Made by a program: the position numbers and the translations under genes. Shown here piece after piece: positions 9,173 through 19,926 of a stretch of 64,000 nt of DNA; positions within the stretch are counted from its first letter, which is position 1; every line of letters begins with the position of its first letter. This stretch comes from Spirochaetia bacterium (GTDB lineage Bacteria; Spirochaetota; Spirochaetia; WTKD01; G963693115): the NCBI GenBank assembly GCA_963693115.1, contig OY843750.1, forward strand, positions 1,660,680 to 1,724,679, given 5' to 3'. The notes under the pieces were generated by a model that was not told the DNA's origin, ran no database searches, and saw nothing but the letters and a program-made list of their open reading frames with translations.

Positions 9173-10543
9173 ATGAAACAACAAGTTCAAAAGTTTGGTC
9201 GTTTTCTATCGTCCATGATCATGCCCAATATTGGGGCTTTTATTGCCTGGGGGCTTATCACAGCCTTTTTTATTCCTACAGGCTGGACACCAAACGAAAA
9301 ATTGTCTTCTCTCGTTGGCCCAATGATTACATGGCTCTTGCCATTACTGATTGCTTATTCAGGTGGTTTTCTTGTAGCAAAGACGAGAGGTGCCGTTATA
9401 GGAACCATAGCAACTGCGGGTCTCATCGTAGGGGCTTCTGTACCTATGTTCCTCGGCGCTATGATAATGGGTCCGCTTGCCGCATGGCTGATTTCGGTCC
9501 TTGACAAGTCCTTACATGGAAAAATACGCGCAGGCTTTGAAATGCTTGTTGCAAATTTTTCGCTTGGTATCCTAGGATTTGCGCTTGCACTCATTAACGT
9601 GGCAGTCGTTGGAGGAATCATTGAAGGTTTCTCAAGTGCTTTAAGCGCAGGTGTAGGAGCAATAGTAAACGCAGGTCTTCTCCCTCTTGTATCAATCCTA
9701 GTAGAACCTGGAAAAATTCTTTTTCTTAACAATGCTATTAATCATGGAGTATTCACTCCGCTTGGTGCAGAACAGGTTGAGGCAGCAGGAAAATCAATAC
9801 TCTTTTTGATAGAAACTAACCCAGGTCCTGGTATGGGTATTATCCTAGCGTATATGGTTGCTACAAAGGGAAGAATTCAACGTTCAACCTACGGTGCGAG
9901 TGTCATTCATTTTCTCGGAGGTATACATGAGATCTACTTTCCCTATGTGCTCATGCGCCCGATACTTGTTGTTGCAGTAATCCTTGGGGGTATGGGAGGC
10001 GTTATTACAAACACCATATTTGGTAACGGTCTTGTAGGTCCACCATCACCCGGTAGTATTTTTGCACTTTCTCTACTTTCTACGAAAGGAGTTGGTCTGT
10101 TGATTACATGGCTAAGTATTGCAGTTGCTGGTGTTATATCATTCTTAGTAGCTGTTCCGTTGTTAAGACGTAATAAGGCTGACCTTGACATAGGTGAATT
10201 TGAATCAGCGCAAAGCGAAATTAGTGGAATGAAGGCAGCATCAAAGGGTAAGAAAACCTTTGCTCAAGTAAAAAGCATTATTTTTGCTTGTGATGCAGGC
10301 ATGGGTTCTTCGGCAGCAGGCGCAACGCTCCTCCAAAACTCGCTTAAAGAAGCAGGACTGTCGATTTCCGTAAGTCATGCGCAAGTATCGCAGATTCCAC
10401 AAGATGCTGATCTTGTAGTGACACAGAATGCCTTTGCAAAGCAAGCGGAAGAAGCTGCTCCTAGCGCAATCATCGTAACCATAAATAACTTTATGGACAA
10501 AACTGAATTTGAGCCTCTGATAAAAAACCTAAAAAACAGTTAA
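9173..10543 (+). CDS. mtlA: PTS mannitol-specific EIICB component
   Basis: The N-terminus KFGRFLSSMIMPNIGAFIAWGLITAFFIPTGW is nearly identical to the MtlA N-terminus as I remember it. The EIIB cysteine motif is IIFACDAGMGSSA. Confidence 0.9.
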   Translation: MKQQVQKFGRFLSSMIMPNIGAFIAWGLITAFFIPTGWTPNEKLSSLVGPMITWLLPLLIAYSGGFLVAKTRGAVIGTIATAGLIVGASVPMFLGAMIMGPLAAWLISVLDKSLHGKIRAGFEMLVANFSLGILGFALALINVAVVGGIIEGFSSALSAGVGAIVNAGLLPLVSILVEPGKILFLNNAINHGVFTPLGAEQVEAAGKSILFLIETNPGPGMGIILAYMVATKGRIQRSTYGASVIHFLGGIHEIYFPYVLMRPILVVAVILGGMGGVITNTIFGNGLVGPPSPGSIFALSLLSTKGVGLLITWLSIAVAGVISFLVAVPLLRRNKADLDIGEFESAQSEISGMKAASKGKKTFAQVKSIIFACDAGMGSSAAGATLLQNSLKEAGLSISVSHAQVSQIPQDADLVVTQNAFAKQAEEAAPSAIIVTINNFMDKTEFEPLIKNLKNS

Positions 10544-10564
10544 GGCTTAACTATTTGGGGGTCA

Positions 10565-11902
10565 ATGCATGCATTGACCCCTCATTGTATGAAAACAGCA
10601 TTACACTTTGGCGCAGGAAACATTGGAAGAGGATTTATTGGCGTTCTGCTCAATACATCGGGCTTTCGTGTTTATTTTGTAGATGTAGCACAAACGCTCA
10701 TTGACTCGCTTTCTTTTCATAAGAGCTATGCGGTGCGCGTTGTGGGTACAGAAGAATCGTCTATACTAGTGAATGATGTGGACGCCTTATTGCCAAACGA
10801 CGCAGCACTGCCAAAGTTGTTTGTCCAGGCGGATATCGTTACCTGCGCAGTTGGTCCCTCTATACTAAAACACATCGCTCCTACCATCAAAACTGGAATT
10901 GAAGCCCGAAAAAAATCCGGCATTACTCAGATACTCCCCATCATTGCATGCGAAAACATGGTACGTGCTACGCACGCATTACGTCAATTGATAGAAGAAG
11001 ATTCAGATAAAGAGTATAGAGCATATATGGAATCTTATGTCTCTTTTTTGGACTGTGCCGTAGATAGAATAGTGCCTACCCCCCCAGTAACATCGGTAAC
11101 TTCAGTAACGACGGAGCAAACGGCTAATACTTCTACACGTCCAAAACCAGAGATGCTACCACCAGTAACCGTTGAATCGTTTTACGAGTGGATTATCGAG
11201 ATACCGCATACTCCTGGTACGATCGTTCATCACGATAATACTACTAGCCCCGACACAATACACAAAACCCCTCATGCACGTCAAAACACGTCTCCCATGC
11301 TCAAATATGCGTCGGTACAGTCAATACAGGGCGTCACAATCGTTAATAATCTCATGCCTTATATTATGAGAAAACTGTTAACGGTTAACACTGCTCATAC
11401 CTTTGTTGCGTGGTTAGGACAATACTACAAAAAACATACAATAGCAGACTGTATGAACGAACCACATATCTATAATAAAATACGCGCTATCTGTGAAGAA
11501 ACCTCTGAGGTACTAGTAAAAGAATATGGCCTTGATGCACATGAACATTCACAGTATGTCTCAAAAATACTAGCTCGTTTTGCAAATCCTCATCTGCACG
11601 ACAGCGTAGAACGTGTTGGCAGATCACCAAAACGAAAACTCTCGTACGATGAACGCTATGTATTACCCCTACGTCTTGCAATAAAATATAACACTACTCA
11701 CGACATGCTCTTACTTGCCTGCGCACTTGGCTTACTCTTTAAGAACGCAGACGATCCCGAAGCACAATATATTGCAGATATAAAAAAAACCACGCCCATA
11801 CAGACAATATTCATGGAACTGAGCGGAATAAAGGACAGATCGATCGCTAGTTCGGTTGAGGCTCTGTATCATTCGCTCTCTCATCAATCGGATCACCCTT
11901 AG
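10565..11902 (+). CDS. mtlD: mannitol-1-phosphate 5-dehydrogenase with two low-complexity insertions
   Basis: Contains the Rossmann motif HFGAGNIGRGFIG, then DRIVP and RKLLTVNTAHT. It is about 60 aa longer than typical MtlD. Confidence 0.85.
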   Translation: MHALTPHCMKTALHFGAGNIGRGFIGVLLNTSGFRVYFVDVAQTLIDSLSFHKSYAVRVVGTEESSILVNDVDALLPNDAALPKLFVQADIVTCAVGPSILKHIAPTIKTGIEARKKSGITQILPIIACENMVRATHALRQLIEEDSDKEYRAYMESYVSFLDCAVDRIVPTPPVTSVTSVTTEQTANTSTRPKPEMLPPVTVESFYEWIIEIPHTPGTIVHHDNTTSPDTIHKTPHARQNTSPMLKYASVQSIQGVTIVNNLMPYIMRKLLTVNTAHTFVAWLGQYYKKHTIADCMNEPHIYNKIRAICEETSEVLVKEYGLDAHEHSQYVSKILARFANPHLHDSVERVGRSPKRKLSYDERYVLPLRLAIKYNTTHDMLLLACALGLLFKNADDPEAQYIADIKKTTPIQTIFMELSGIKDRSIASSVEALYHSLSHQSDHP

Positions 11903-11930
11903 ACCATAACAAGTACGTAAAGGACAACCT

Positions 11931-14570
11931 ATGAATTTTTTTAGGAAAAAGAAAAAAGTCACTCATACCCCCAACACCACCACAAGTAATTCTGAAAAAG
12001 AGCACGCAAAACACGAACAACATAGCTCTTTTGTACTCACAGAACAAGACATAGCCTTAAATCTCAAGGCGAAAGACAAGGCAGATGCAATACAACAATT
12101 AGGCGACTTTCTGATAGCCCGGGGCAAAGTCAGTCACGTATATAAGCAGGCTATGCTACAACGCGAACAAGAAGTCTCCACCTACCTCATTAACGGGGTT
12201 GCTATTCCTCATGGAGTGCGTGAGGCACTCGCTGACATAAAGAAAAACTCTATATTCGTAGGACAGTTTCCAGAAGGAGTCAAGTGGAACGATACCGATA
12301 CCGTGTATCTTGCCTGTGCCCTTGCATCAAAATCGGATGAGCATCTCCACATCATTCAGAGACTTACCATGCTTATACAAGACAAAGCACAAATAGAACC
12401 ATTGTTTACCACTACAAATAAACACACCATCCTTGACGCCTTACAAAAAGACACAAAAGATATAGAAGCAAAGTATAGTGCAGAAGAATTGCGTGGCATA
12501 TACAAAACCATTATGTTTACTGGCGAAAACGGAATGCATGAACGCCCAGCAACGCTACTAGCAAAAATGGCACAGTCATATCCCAGTACTGTGCTTAAAC
12601 TACACGCAAACAATAAAACAGCTGATATAAAAAGCATGCCATCACTACTCATACTTGGCATTTCTCCCAATACAGAACTCACCATAAGTGCAGAAGGACC
12701 TAAGCAAGATGAAGCACTTGAACACATTTTGCACTATATAGAAAACGAACTCAACCATGAAAAAGCAGTCACGACACCGACTGACCAAGAAGGACACTCG
12801 CCTCTTTTATCCGAACCCCTCGTCTTAACATCGAACAACAAGACCATCAAAGGAATCAATGTCTCCATAGGCATTGCCTGCAACCCCGTCCATATACTAG
12901 AATCAGAAACCTTTGTCATTACCAATGAAGCCGGAGACCGAGCATACGAACAAAAAGAATTTCAGCATGCTGTTGAATTGGTAACCGAAGAATTGCAAGA
13001 GATGAAAGATTCCTTTCTTGCACAGGGATTAAAGGATGAGTCTGCGATTGCAGATGCTCACCTCATGAAACTTACTGATTCGATAATACACAATGATATT
13101 AACTCTCTATTACTAGAGGGAAAAAGTGCCGTCTACGCAACGCACACAGTGTACCAAGTCCAGATAGAAGCCTTAGAGAAAGTTAATGATTCATTAATAC
13201 AAGAACGCATTGCCGACACAAAAGATGTACGCGCACGCCTCCTACGCCACCTTGACAAGCATTATACCCCCCCAGCTCCACTGCCTAAAGACAAAGAGTA
13301 TATACTCGTAGCCGAAGAACTAACTCCATCGCAAATGTCAACACTACACCATTACCCTGTTACTGCAATCTGTACTGTTCATGGTGGGCTCACCTCGCAT
13401 ATGTCTATACTTGCACGCGCATTGGGACTTCCCGCAATCGTAGGATTAGGAAGTGATCTGCTCACCCTAGAATCGGGACAAACAATCATTGCAGATGCAC
13501 GTTCGGGTATTGTGATTTGCAATCCTAGCAAGGATCAGACAGAAAAAGCTCTTTCTATCCGCGAACAGGTACTGCATCTAAAAGAGCGAGAAGAGCAGAA
13601 TATGCATAAAGAAGCAACCACCAAGGATGGCGTAAAGATAGAAGTCGTATGTAATATTGCCAACATCGATGATGCTAAGAACGTACAACCACGGGGAGGC
13701 GAAGGCGTAGGGCTTTTTAGAACAGAATTCATGTTTGAGTCTAGCCCCACCCCTCCTAGCGTTGACGAACAGTACGACTATCTATGCAAAGCTATCACTG
13801 CTTTGGGCAATGTACCACTCACAATACGTATGATGGATATTGGGGGGGATAAACCAGTTTCGTGGATACATATGGACAAAGAGGATAATCCTTTTTTGGG
13901 AATACGTGGTATACGATTGTTACTCAAACATAAAAAAATATTTACTACCCAGCTTGAGGCAATATATCGCGCTGCATTATGGCAACAAAACCAAGGATCT
14001 CCCGTTACGATAGAGATCATGTTTCCTATGATTACTCGTACTATTGAATTTGATGAAGCTCGTAGTATAGCAAAACAAGTACAAAAACAGATTGGTGCGC
14101 CAGATGTAAAATTAGGTGTCATGATAGAAACTCCCGCAGCGGTACTTATTGCTAATCATCTCGCACACGATGCGGACTTTTTCTCTATTGGAACTAACGA
14201 CCTCATTCAGTATACCTTTGCCATGGACAGAACCCACCCAGAGCTGAGCAAAGAAGTCGATGGGCTTCATCCCAGCCTACTCAAACTCATAGATCTCAGC
14301 GTGCAAGGCGCAAAAGCACATAATATTCACCTTGCGGTATGCGGTGCAATGCCATCAAACCCCCTTATGCTTATATCACTCATTGCAATGGGAGTAAAAA
14401 CGGTATCAGTCAGCCCAGCAAGCGTCCCAAGCGTAAAATACCTTATTAGATATATGGACACAAGAGATCTAGAAACGCTTCGCCCACTCCTTTTATCATG
14501 TACAAACGCAGCAGAGGCACACGCACTGTGTGACACATATTTTAGAGAAAAGCTATCACCAAATTTGTAA
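11931..14570 (+). CDS. multiphosphoryl transfer protein: PTS EIIA (mannitol/fructose type), HPr and Enzyme I fused in one chain
   Basis: The EIIA motif is INGVAIPHG. The HPr active site is GMHERPATLLAK. The EI motifs are GGLTSHMSILARALGLPAIVG and GLFRTEFMF. Confidence 0.88.
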   Translation: MNFFRKKKKVTHTPNTTTSNSEKEHAKHEQHSSFVLTEQDIALNLKAKDKADAIQQLGDFLIARGKVSHVYKQAMLQREQEVSTYLINGVAIPHGVREALADIKKNSIFVGQFPEGVKWNDTDTVYLACALASKSDEHLHIIQRLTMLIQDKAQIEPLFTTTNKHTILDALQKDTKDIEAKYSAEELRGIYKTIMFTGENGMHERPATLLAKMAQSYPSTVLKLHANNKTADIKSMPSLLILGISPNTELTISAEGPKQDEALEHILHYIENELNHEKAVTTPTDQEGHSPLLSEPLVLTSNNKTIKGINVSIGIACNPVHILESETFVITNEAGDRAYEQKEFQHAVELVTEELQEMKDSFLAQGLKDESAIADAHLMKLTDSIIHNDINSLLLEGKSAVYATHTVYQVQIEALEKVNDSLIQERIADTKDVRARLLRHLDKHYTPPAPLPKDKEYILVAEELTPSQMSTLHHYPVTAICTVHGGLTSHMSILARALGLPAIVGLGSDLLTLESGQTIIADARSGIVICNPSKDQTEKALSIREQVLHLKEREEQNMHKEATTKDGVKIEVVCNIANIDDAKNVQPRGGEGVGLFRTEFMFESSPTPPSVDEQYDYLCKAITALGNVPLTIRMMDIGGDKPVSWIHMDKEDNPFLGIRGIRLLLKHKKIFTTQLEAIYRAALWQQNQGSPVTIEIMFPMITRTIEFDEARSIAKQVQKQIGAPDVKLGVMIETPAAVLIANHLAHDADFFSIGTNDLIQYTFAMDRTHPELSKEVDGLHPSLLKLIDLSVQGAKAHNIHLAVCGAMPSNPLMLISLIAMGVKTVSVSPASVPSVKYLIRYMDTRDLETLRPLLLSCTNAAEAHALCDTYFREKLSPNL

Positions 14571-14789
14571 AAGATACGCATATAAGAAGATTCATCCGTA
14601 ATAATTACACCTGTGAAAACCTAAATACAAAAAGCTAAGACTAAAAACCAAAACATAAAAACTGTCAGAACGAACGTTTGTATTGAGTAGTCTCTAGCAC
14701 ATACTCCTCTTGTAGGGCAAATTTTAGTACTGTAATCACAATAGTTTAATATGATAAACAGTTGCTTGATATAATTGATACTATACGTT

Positions 14790-14863
14790 CGGGCTGTAGC
14801 GCAGTTGGTTAGCGCACAAGTCTGGGGGACTTGGGGTCGCTGGTTCAAATCCAGTCAGCCCGA
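14790..14863 (+). tRNA. tRNA-Pro (anticodon GGG)
   Basis: I folded the cloverleaf by hand. Acceptor CGGGCTG/CAGCCCG, D-stem GCGC/GCGC, anticodon stem CAAGT/ACTTG with loop CTGGGGG, T-arm GCTGG-TTCAAAT-CCAGT, discriminator A. It is 74 nt and no CCA is encoded. Confidence 0.9.
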
Positions 14864-14917
14864 TATCGATATATAGCGAACGTATACATATCTGAGTGAC
14901 ATGGATACAATTGTATT

Positions 14918-17104
14918 ATGAATACAGCAAAAACACCCAACAAGGACATAGCAGACAAGAGCATAGCAGACGCAAAGACACCTCTCTACGTCTGCTCAAT
15001 GCATCCAGAAGTACGCGAGCACAAGCCGGGTGTATGTCCACATTGTGGAATGACACTCCAGCAACTAATCACTACAGAAGAATCAGATCAAGAAGACCCA
15101 CACGCAAAATCTATGAAACATCGTTTATGGATCGCTCTTAGTTTTTCTATTCCTCTTTTTATTATATCTATGGGCGACATGTTACCCCAAAGACCCATAT
15201 CAAGCCTTTTATCAGAAAGACTACGCCTTCTGCTAGAACTCGCTCTCGCAATCCCTGTGTGTACGTGGTGCGCATTTCCATTTTTTGAACGTGCAATTTT
15301 ATCTGTAAAAAATAAATCCTTAAACATGTTTAGTCTTATAAGTCTAGGCGTTCTGTCAGCCTTTGGATACGGTATTTTTATCGTAATAGCAGACCTTTTC
15401 TTTCCTCGGATCTTTGCAAGCCTTTCTGCATTTACTGGCGTATACTTTGAGGCAGCGGCAGTAACCGTTACTCTTATGCTCTTAGGACAAACAATAGAGT
15501 TGGGAGCTCAAAAGAAGACCAATGCAGCAGTGAGACAGCTCATAAAACTCAAGCCTCGATACGCACGAAAAGTCATAAGCGCGGGAGTTGAAAAAGATCT
15601 CCCCATAGAAAAAATACAGGTCGGAGACATTCTCAGGGTACGCCCTGGCGAAGCAATTCCCCTCGATGGAAAGGTAAGCGCTGGCACATCCTTTATCGAT
15701 GAGTCCATGATTAGTGGCGAAGCTATGCCAGTGGAAAAGACTACTGGTGACTCTGTCATTGGAGCGACACTCAACGGACAAGGAGCCTTGCTCATTCAAG
15801 TTGAAAAAATAGAATCAGAAACACTCCTTTCTCGAATTATAAGCATGGTTAGCAGAGCTCACCTCAGTCAGATTCCAATACAAAGGCTTGCTGACAAAGT
15901 TGCAGAGATATTTGTACCGATAGTCATCGCCATCGCAGTAATAACGTTTATAGTGTGGAACATTATTGGTCCCTCCCCCCGAATAGCGCATGCGTTTATT
16001 ACTACCATGTCTGTACTAATCATTGCTTGTCCCTGTGCTTTTGGTCTCGCAACTCCTATGTCAATTATGGTCTCTATAGGAAGATCGGCAACAATAGGGA
16101 TACTATTTAAAAACGCATTGGCACTCGAAACACTGCAAAAAACAGATGTACTAGTTGTTGATAAAACTGGAACGCTCACAAAAGGAAAGCCAGAGCTCGT
16201 ACATGTCGAATGTTCAGAAAAATTTTTGAACGAGTTTATCCGTATTGCTGCAAGTCTTGAGAATGCAAGCGAACATCCCTTAGCAAGGGCTGTCGTGCAA
16301 TATGCCACAGAAAAAAACATAGACTTAACACAAGTTACTAATTTCAAAAACATAGCCGGAAAAGGTATCGAAGGATTGGTAGGCAAACAATCCGTATTGC
16401 TCGGTAACCTCGCCTTGCTTAAAGAACGCGGTATAGCACTACCACATTCTTCAGATGACGTTCGTGTAGAAAACCCCCAAAACACTCCGACACACCATAC
16501 GACTATGTACATGGCAGTGGAAGGGCGTTATATTGGGCATATGAGTTTTACTGATACCATAAAAGAAACTACACCAAAGGCACTTGCTACCCTAAAACAA
16601 TATGGAATGCATATCACCATGCTTACTGGTGACTCCTATGGTCCTGCCCAGCACATAGCTAGCCAACTTCCTATTGATACTATCATTGCGGGAGTACGCC
16701 CCGATCGCAAGGCAGAAGTAGTGCAGGATCTTAAAACAAAAGGACACTGTGTCGCAATGGCAGGCGACGGCATTAACGATGCTCCTGCACTGGCATACGC
16801 TGATGTAGCCATTGCTATGGGAACAGGAAGTGATATAGCCATAGAGAGCGCAGATCTGACTCTCATTAAGGGCGATTTGGACGGCATTGTAAAAGCAATG
16901 CGACTTAGCCATATTACAATAGCAAACATTAAACAAAATCTCTTTTTTGCTTTTGTGTACAATTGCATTGGCGTTGCAATTGCCACAGGTATACTCTATC
17001 CCTTAGGAATACTCATGAATCCCATGCTTGCAGCCGTGGCCATGAGTATTAGCTCTATTTCAGTAATAAGTAATGCTCTCAGAATCAATACAAAAAAACT
17101 ATGA
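14918..17104 (+). CDS. copA: copper-translocating P1B-type ATPase
   Basis: Contains the CPC motif [13 protein letters not shown], the phosphorylation site DKTGTLT and the hinge [10 protein letters not shown]. The N-terminal metal-binding module is [20 protein letters not shown]. Confidence 0.9.
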   Translation: MNTAKTPNKDIADKSIADAKTPLYVCSMHPEVREHKPGVCPHCGMTLQQLITTEESDQEDPHAKSMKHRLWIALSFSIPLFIISMGDMLPQRPISSLLSERLRLLLELALAIPVCTWCAFPFFERAILSVKNKSLNMFSLISLGVLSAFGYGIFIVIADLFFPRIFASLSAFTGVYFEAAAVTVTLMLLGQTIELGAQKKTNAAVRQLIKLKPRYARKVISAGVEKDLPIEKIQVGDILRVRPGEAIPLDGKVSAGTSFIDESMISGEAMPVEKTTGDSVIGATLNGQGALLIQVEKIESETLLSRIISMVSRAHLSQIPIQRLADKVAEIFVPIVIAIAVITFIVWNIIGPSPRIAHAFITTMSVLIIACPCAFGLATPMSIMVSIGRSATIGILFKNALALETLQKTDVLVVDKTGTLTKGKPELVHVECSEKFLNEFIRIAASLENASEHPLARAVVQYATEKNIDLTQVTNFKNIAGKGIEGLVGKQSVLLGNLALLKERGIALPHSSDDVRVENPQNTPTHHTTMYMAVEGRYIGHMSFTDTIKETTPKALATLKQYGMHITMLTGDSYGPAQHIASQLPIDTIIAGVRPDRKAEVVQDLKTKGHCVAMAGDGINDAPALAYADVAIAMGTGSDIAIESADLTLIKGDLDGIVKAMRLSHITIANIKQNLFFAFVYNCIGVAIATGILYPLGILMNPMLAAVAMSISSISVISNALRINTKKL

Positions 17105-17370
17105 TTATTACAAACATGAAGAGATAGTGTAGCATAGTAGGATATACTAAGCCAAAAAAACGGGCCAAAAAAACGGTCTAGAGAAAAAAGCCAGAAAAAA
17201 ACAGACAAAAACAGAAAAATGGGAATTCTTGACTACAACAAGATTATACAATGCTACCTGCTATAGTATTTTTTTAAGTGCAATGCACAAGGATCACGCT
17301 CGGCAAAACGAGATTGCTACACAATGGTTTCTACCACAATAGGCTTACAGGCATCCCGTGCCTATGTCGA

Positions 17371-18360
17371 CTAGCGTTTTAGAATATTCTCTATTTCTTG
17401 CATCTGGTTGCTTTCGAGTGGACCGCTATCGACTGCATCAATGAGTTCATTAACCTGTGACGCTGTTCTAAAACCTGGGATAGGCAAAAAATTATCACTT
17501 CGTGCCCAAAGCCATGCAAGAGCCCCTTGTACGAGAGTACGATTTTTTGAAGTAAGTATTTCGCGTATTGACTCTAACTTTTGCAAAAACTCAGGTCGGG
17601 CCTTTCCATCTTTAAAGTATTCCATCCATTCGGGGGCATTTTTTCCTCTAACATCGGAGTCTGAGGTAATAGAATGTGTTGAATATTTTCCTGAAAGAAG
17701 CCCCATAGCAAGTGGTCCCCGCAATATTCCGATGAGATGCTCTTGTTCTATGAGTGTAGTCATTGTTTTTTTATCGTCAAGCACATTTTGTTGAAATTGC
17801 ACTGCCGAACAATGCATTCCTTGAGCAAACACTGTAGCCCTTTCTGGACTGTCTGTACTCCATGCGTAACTACGAATTTTTTGTTCGTGCACAAGTTCCT
17901 CGAGAGTGTCTCGCACTGGGACTGCTTGTTCAGGAGGATAGTCGCCAATATGAAATTGTAATATATCTATATAGTCCGTTTTAAGGCGACGAAGAGAATG
18001 TTCACAAGCATGTCTTATATATGCAGGGTCTGCATTCTGTCCCGTCACTTGCTTGCTTGTTTCATCAAAAACATTACCAAATTTGCTTGCAAGTATCAGT
18101 GATTCTCTATTAGTTGCAAGAACCTGGGACACGATTTTTTCGCTATGACCTGCACCGTACACATCGGCAGTATCAATAAAGTTTATTCCACGCTCAATTC
18201 CCGTTTGTAAAGCACTTAGTGATTCAGCGTCATCAACGTCACCCCAGCCAAGTGGAATGTTTCCGTCCCAAAATGGCCCTCCTATTGCCCAGCATCCAAG
18301 CCCAATACAACTTGGTCTCACAGGAAGAATAGCACGTAGTGTGTCATTTAGATAATTCAT
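17371..18360 (-). CDS. aldo/keto reductase family oxidoreductase
   Basis: The AKR pattern is present: GLGCWAIGG, FIDTADVYG and DILQFH. Confidence 0.8.
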   Translation of the reverse strand: MNYLNDTLRAILPVRPSCIGLGCWAIGGPFWDGNIPLGWGDVDDAESLSALQTGIERGINFIDTADVYGAGHSEKIVSQVLATNRESLILASKFGNVFDETSKQVTGQNADPAYIRHACEHSLRRLKTDYIDILQFHIGDYPPEQAVPVRDTLEELVHEQKIRSYAWSTDSPERATVFAQGMHCSAVQFQQNVLDDKKTMTTLIEQEHLIGILRGPLAMGLLSGKYSTHSITSDSDVRGKNAPEWMEYFKDGKARPEFLQKLESIREILTSKNRTLVQGALAWLWARSDNFLPIPGFRTASQVNELIDAVDSGPLESNQMQEIENILKR

Positions 18361-18444
18361 ATCTTTTAAGTATATCAGCCTTGATGTATTATTGAACGCG
18401 CGTCAAACATTAAAAAAAAATTTATAGTATAATTGAATATACTT

Positions 18445-19926
18445 ATGGGAAGCAACGCACTCAATCTCACGCAAGGCAATATACTCAAACATATACGAGC
18501 AATAGCTGTCCCTGCAATTATAGGCAGTATTTTTCAAACTCTGTACAACCTCACCGACACCTTTTGGGCCGGCCAACTTTCATCTAGTTCTCTTGCAGCA
18601 ACAGGGCTCGTGTTTCCCTTGTTCTTAATCGCCATGTCAATATCCCAAGCTATTGCAGGCGGAACCATGGTACTCGTAAGCAACGCAATTGGAGCAAAAC
18701 AAGAAAAAAAGGCTGCTCACTATCAGGAACAAGCTTTTAGCTTAGGAGTGGTATTTGGCACCATACTTGCGGTATTCACCTGGTATATAGTACAAACCTT
18801 CTTTTCTGCACAGAATGTTTCGGGTCAAGTTTTAGGAGACGCCATCGCATATGCTCGTGCAATTGGGGTCGGATTTCCTTTTATGGTAGTGCAAGCTGCG
18901 CTCGGTGTAGCGCTGATGAGTCGTGGCGATACAAAGTTTATGCGCAACGTCATGATACTGAATGCATTCATCAATGTTGGACTTGATCCACTGCTCATGT
19001 ATGGCTGGAACATTGCTGGAATTGTTATTATCCCACGCATGGGTGTTGCGGGTATTGGACTTGCGACAAGTTTTGTGCAAGTATTAGGAACCATACTCCT
19101 GCTTAGAAAGGTGTATAAAGAACGGTATTTTGTTCCTAAAACGCTAAAAAGTCTCATACCCATATACAAAACTAGTCACGAAATATTTAAGTACGGGCTC
19201 CCTTCTTTTGTACAACTTGCATTAGTTGGTCTTGGCTTAGGAGTAGTAAACTACTTTCTTTACAATCTCAATGGTCCAAATGCAACTGCAGCCTATACTG
19301 TAGGACTACGAATAGAACAATTTGCACTTGTACCCACAATGGGGCTTAATATTGCACTTTCGGCCTTGGTAGGACAAAACAATGGCGCCCGTAGAATTGA
19401 TAGGATACGCGAGTCATTTAGGCTCTGCTTGCTTTTGGCTCTTGCATTGCTTGGGCTCATGATACTGGTACGTATCTTTGCTCACTTTATTCTTATTCCC
19501 TTTACTCGTGACGCTGAGGTTATTATGATTGCTAAGCAGTACCTCACTTTCGCTGTCTTTATTTTCTATGCGTATCAACTCATGTTTCAAGCATCTGGTT
19601 TATTACAGGGGCTAAAACGTCCGCTTATCCCGATTATTATGGTCTCAGTGAGGCAGTTAGTATTCCCGTTTATCTTTATCCCCATTTTTGCCTATGCACT
19701 TGATTGGGGCTACTTGGGCGTATTTACCTCTGTTGCATGTTCCGCTTGGATTACTGCAATTGTATTATTTGTATTTGCACGCAAAAAGCTCCTTGCTCGA
19801 GAAATAGAATGTAAACAAGAGCCTCCCACAGAACCTGATATTCCCCCCACTCCACAGAAAATAAATAGTAGCATTATTTCAAAACCTGCCCTTTCTCCTG
19901 CCACCAGTACAAAAAAGAAGGTATAA
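18445..19926 (+). CDS. MATE-family efflux transporter
   Basis: A 12-TM-like protein with the MATE N-terminal pattern IAVPAIIGSIFQTLYNLTDTFWAG. The start is set at the first ATG (18445). The track start at 18433 is a TTG. Confidence 0.8.
   Translation: MGSNALNLTQGNILKHIRAIAVPAIIGSIFQTLYNLTDTFWAGQLSSSSLAATGLVFPLFLIAMSISQAIAGGTMVLVSNAIGAKQEKKAAHYQEQAFSLGVVFGTILAVFTWYIVQTFFSAQNVSGQVLGDAIAYARAIGVGFPFMVVQAALGVALMSRGDTKFMRNVMILNAFINVGLDPLLMYGWNIAGIVIIPRMGVAGIGLATSFVQVLGTILLLRKVYKERYFVPKTLKSLIPIYKTSHEIFKYGLPSFVQLALVGLGLGVVNYFLYNLNGPNATAAYTVGLRIEQFALVPTMGLNIALSALVGQNNGARRIDRIRESFRLCLLLALALLGLMILVRIFAHFILIPFTRDAEVIMIAKQYLTFAVFIFYAYQLMFQASGLLQGLKRPLIPIIMVSVRQLVFPFIFIPIFAYALDWGYLGVFTSVACSAWITAIVLFVFARKKLLAREIECKQEPPTEPDIPPTPQKINSSIISKPALSPATSTKKKV

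Noticed and set aside
14621-14848. 75-aa minus-strand ORF.
   Set aside because: It lies antisense across the tRNA-Pro gene and AT-rich intergenic DNA and has no supporting features.
16996-17208. 70-aa minus-strand ORF in the copA/AKR spacer.
   Set aside because: It overlaps the 3' end of copA and is the translation of a T-rich low-complexity tract, the reverse of the A-rich motif. No coding signal is evident.
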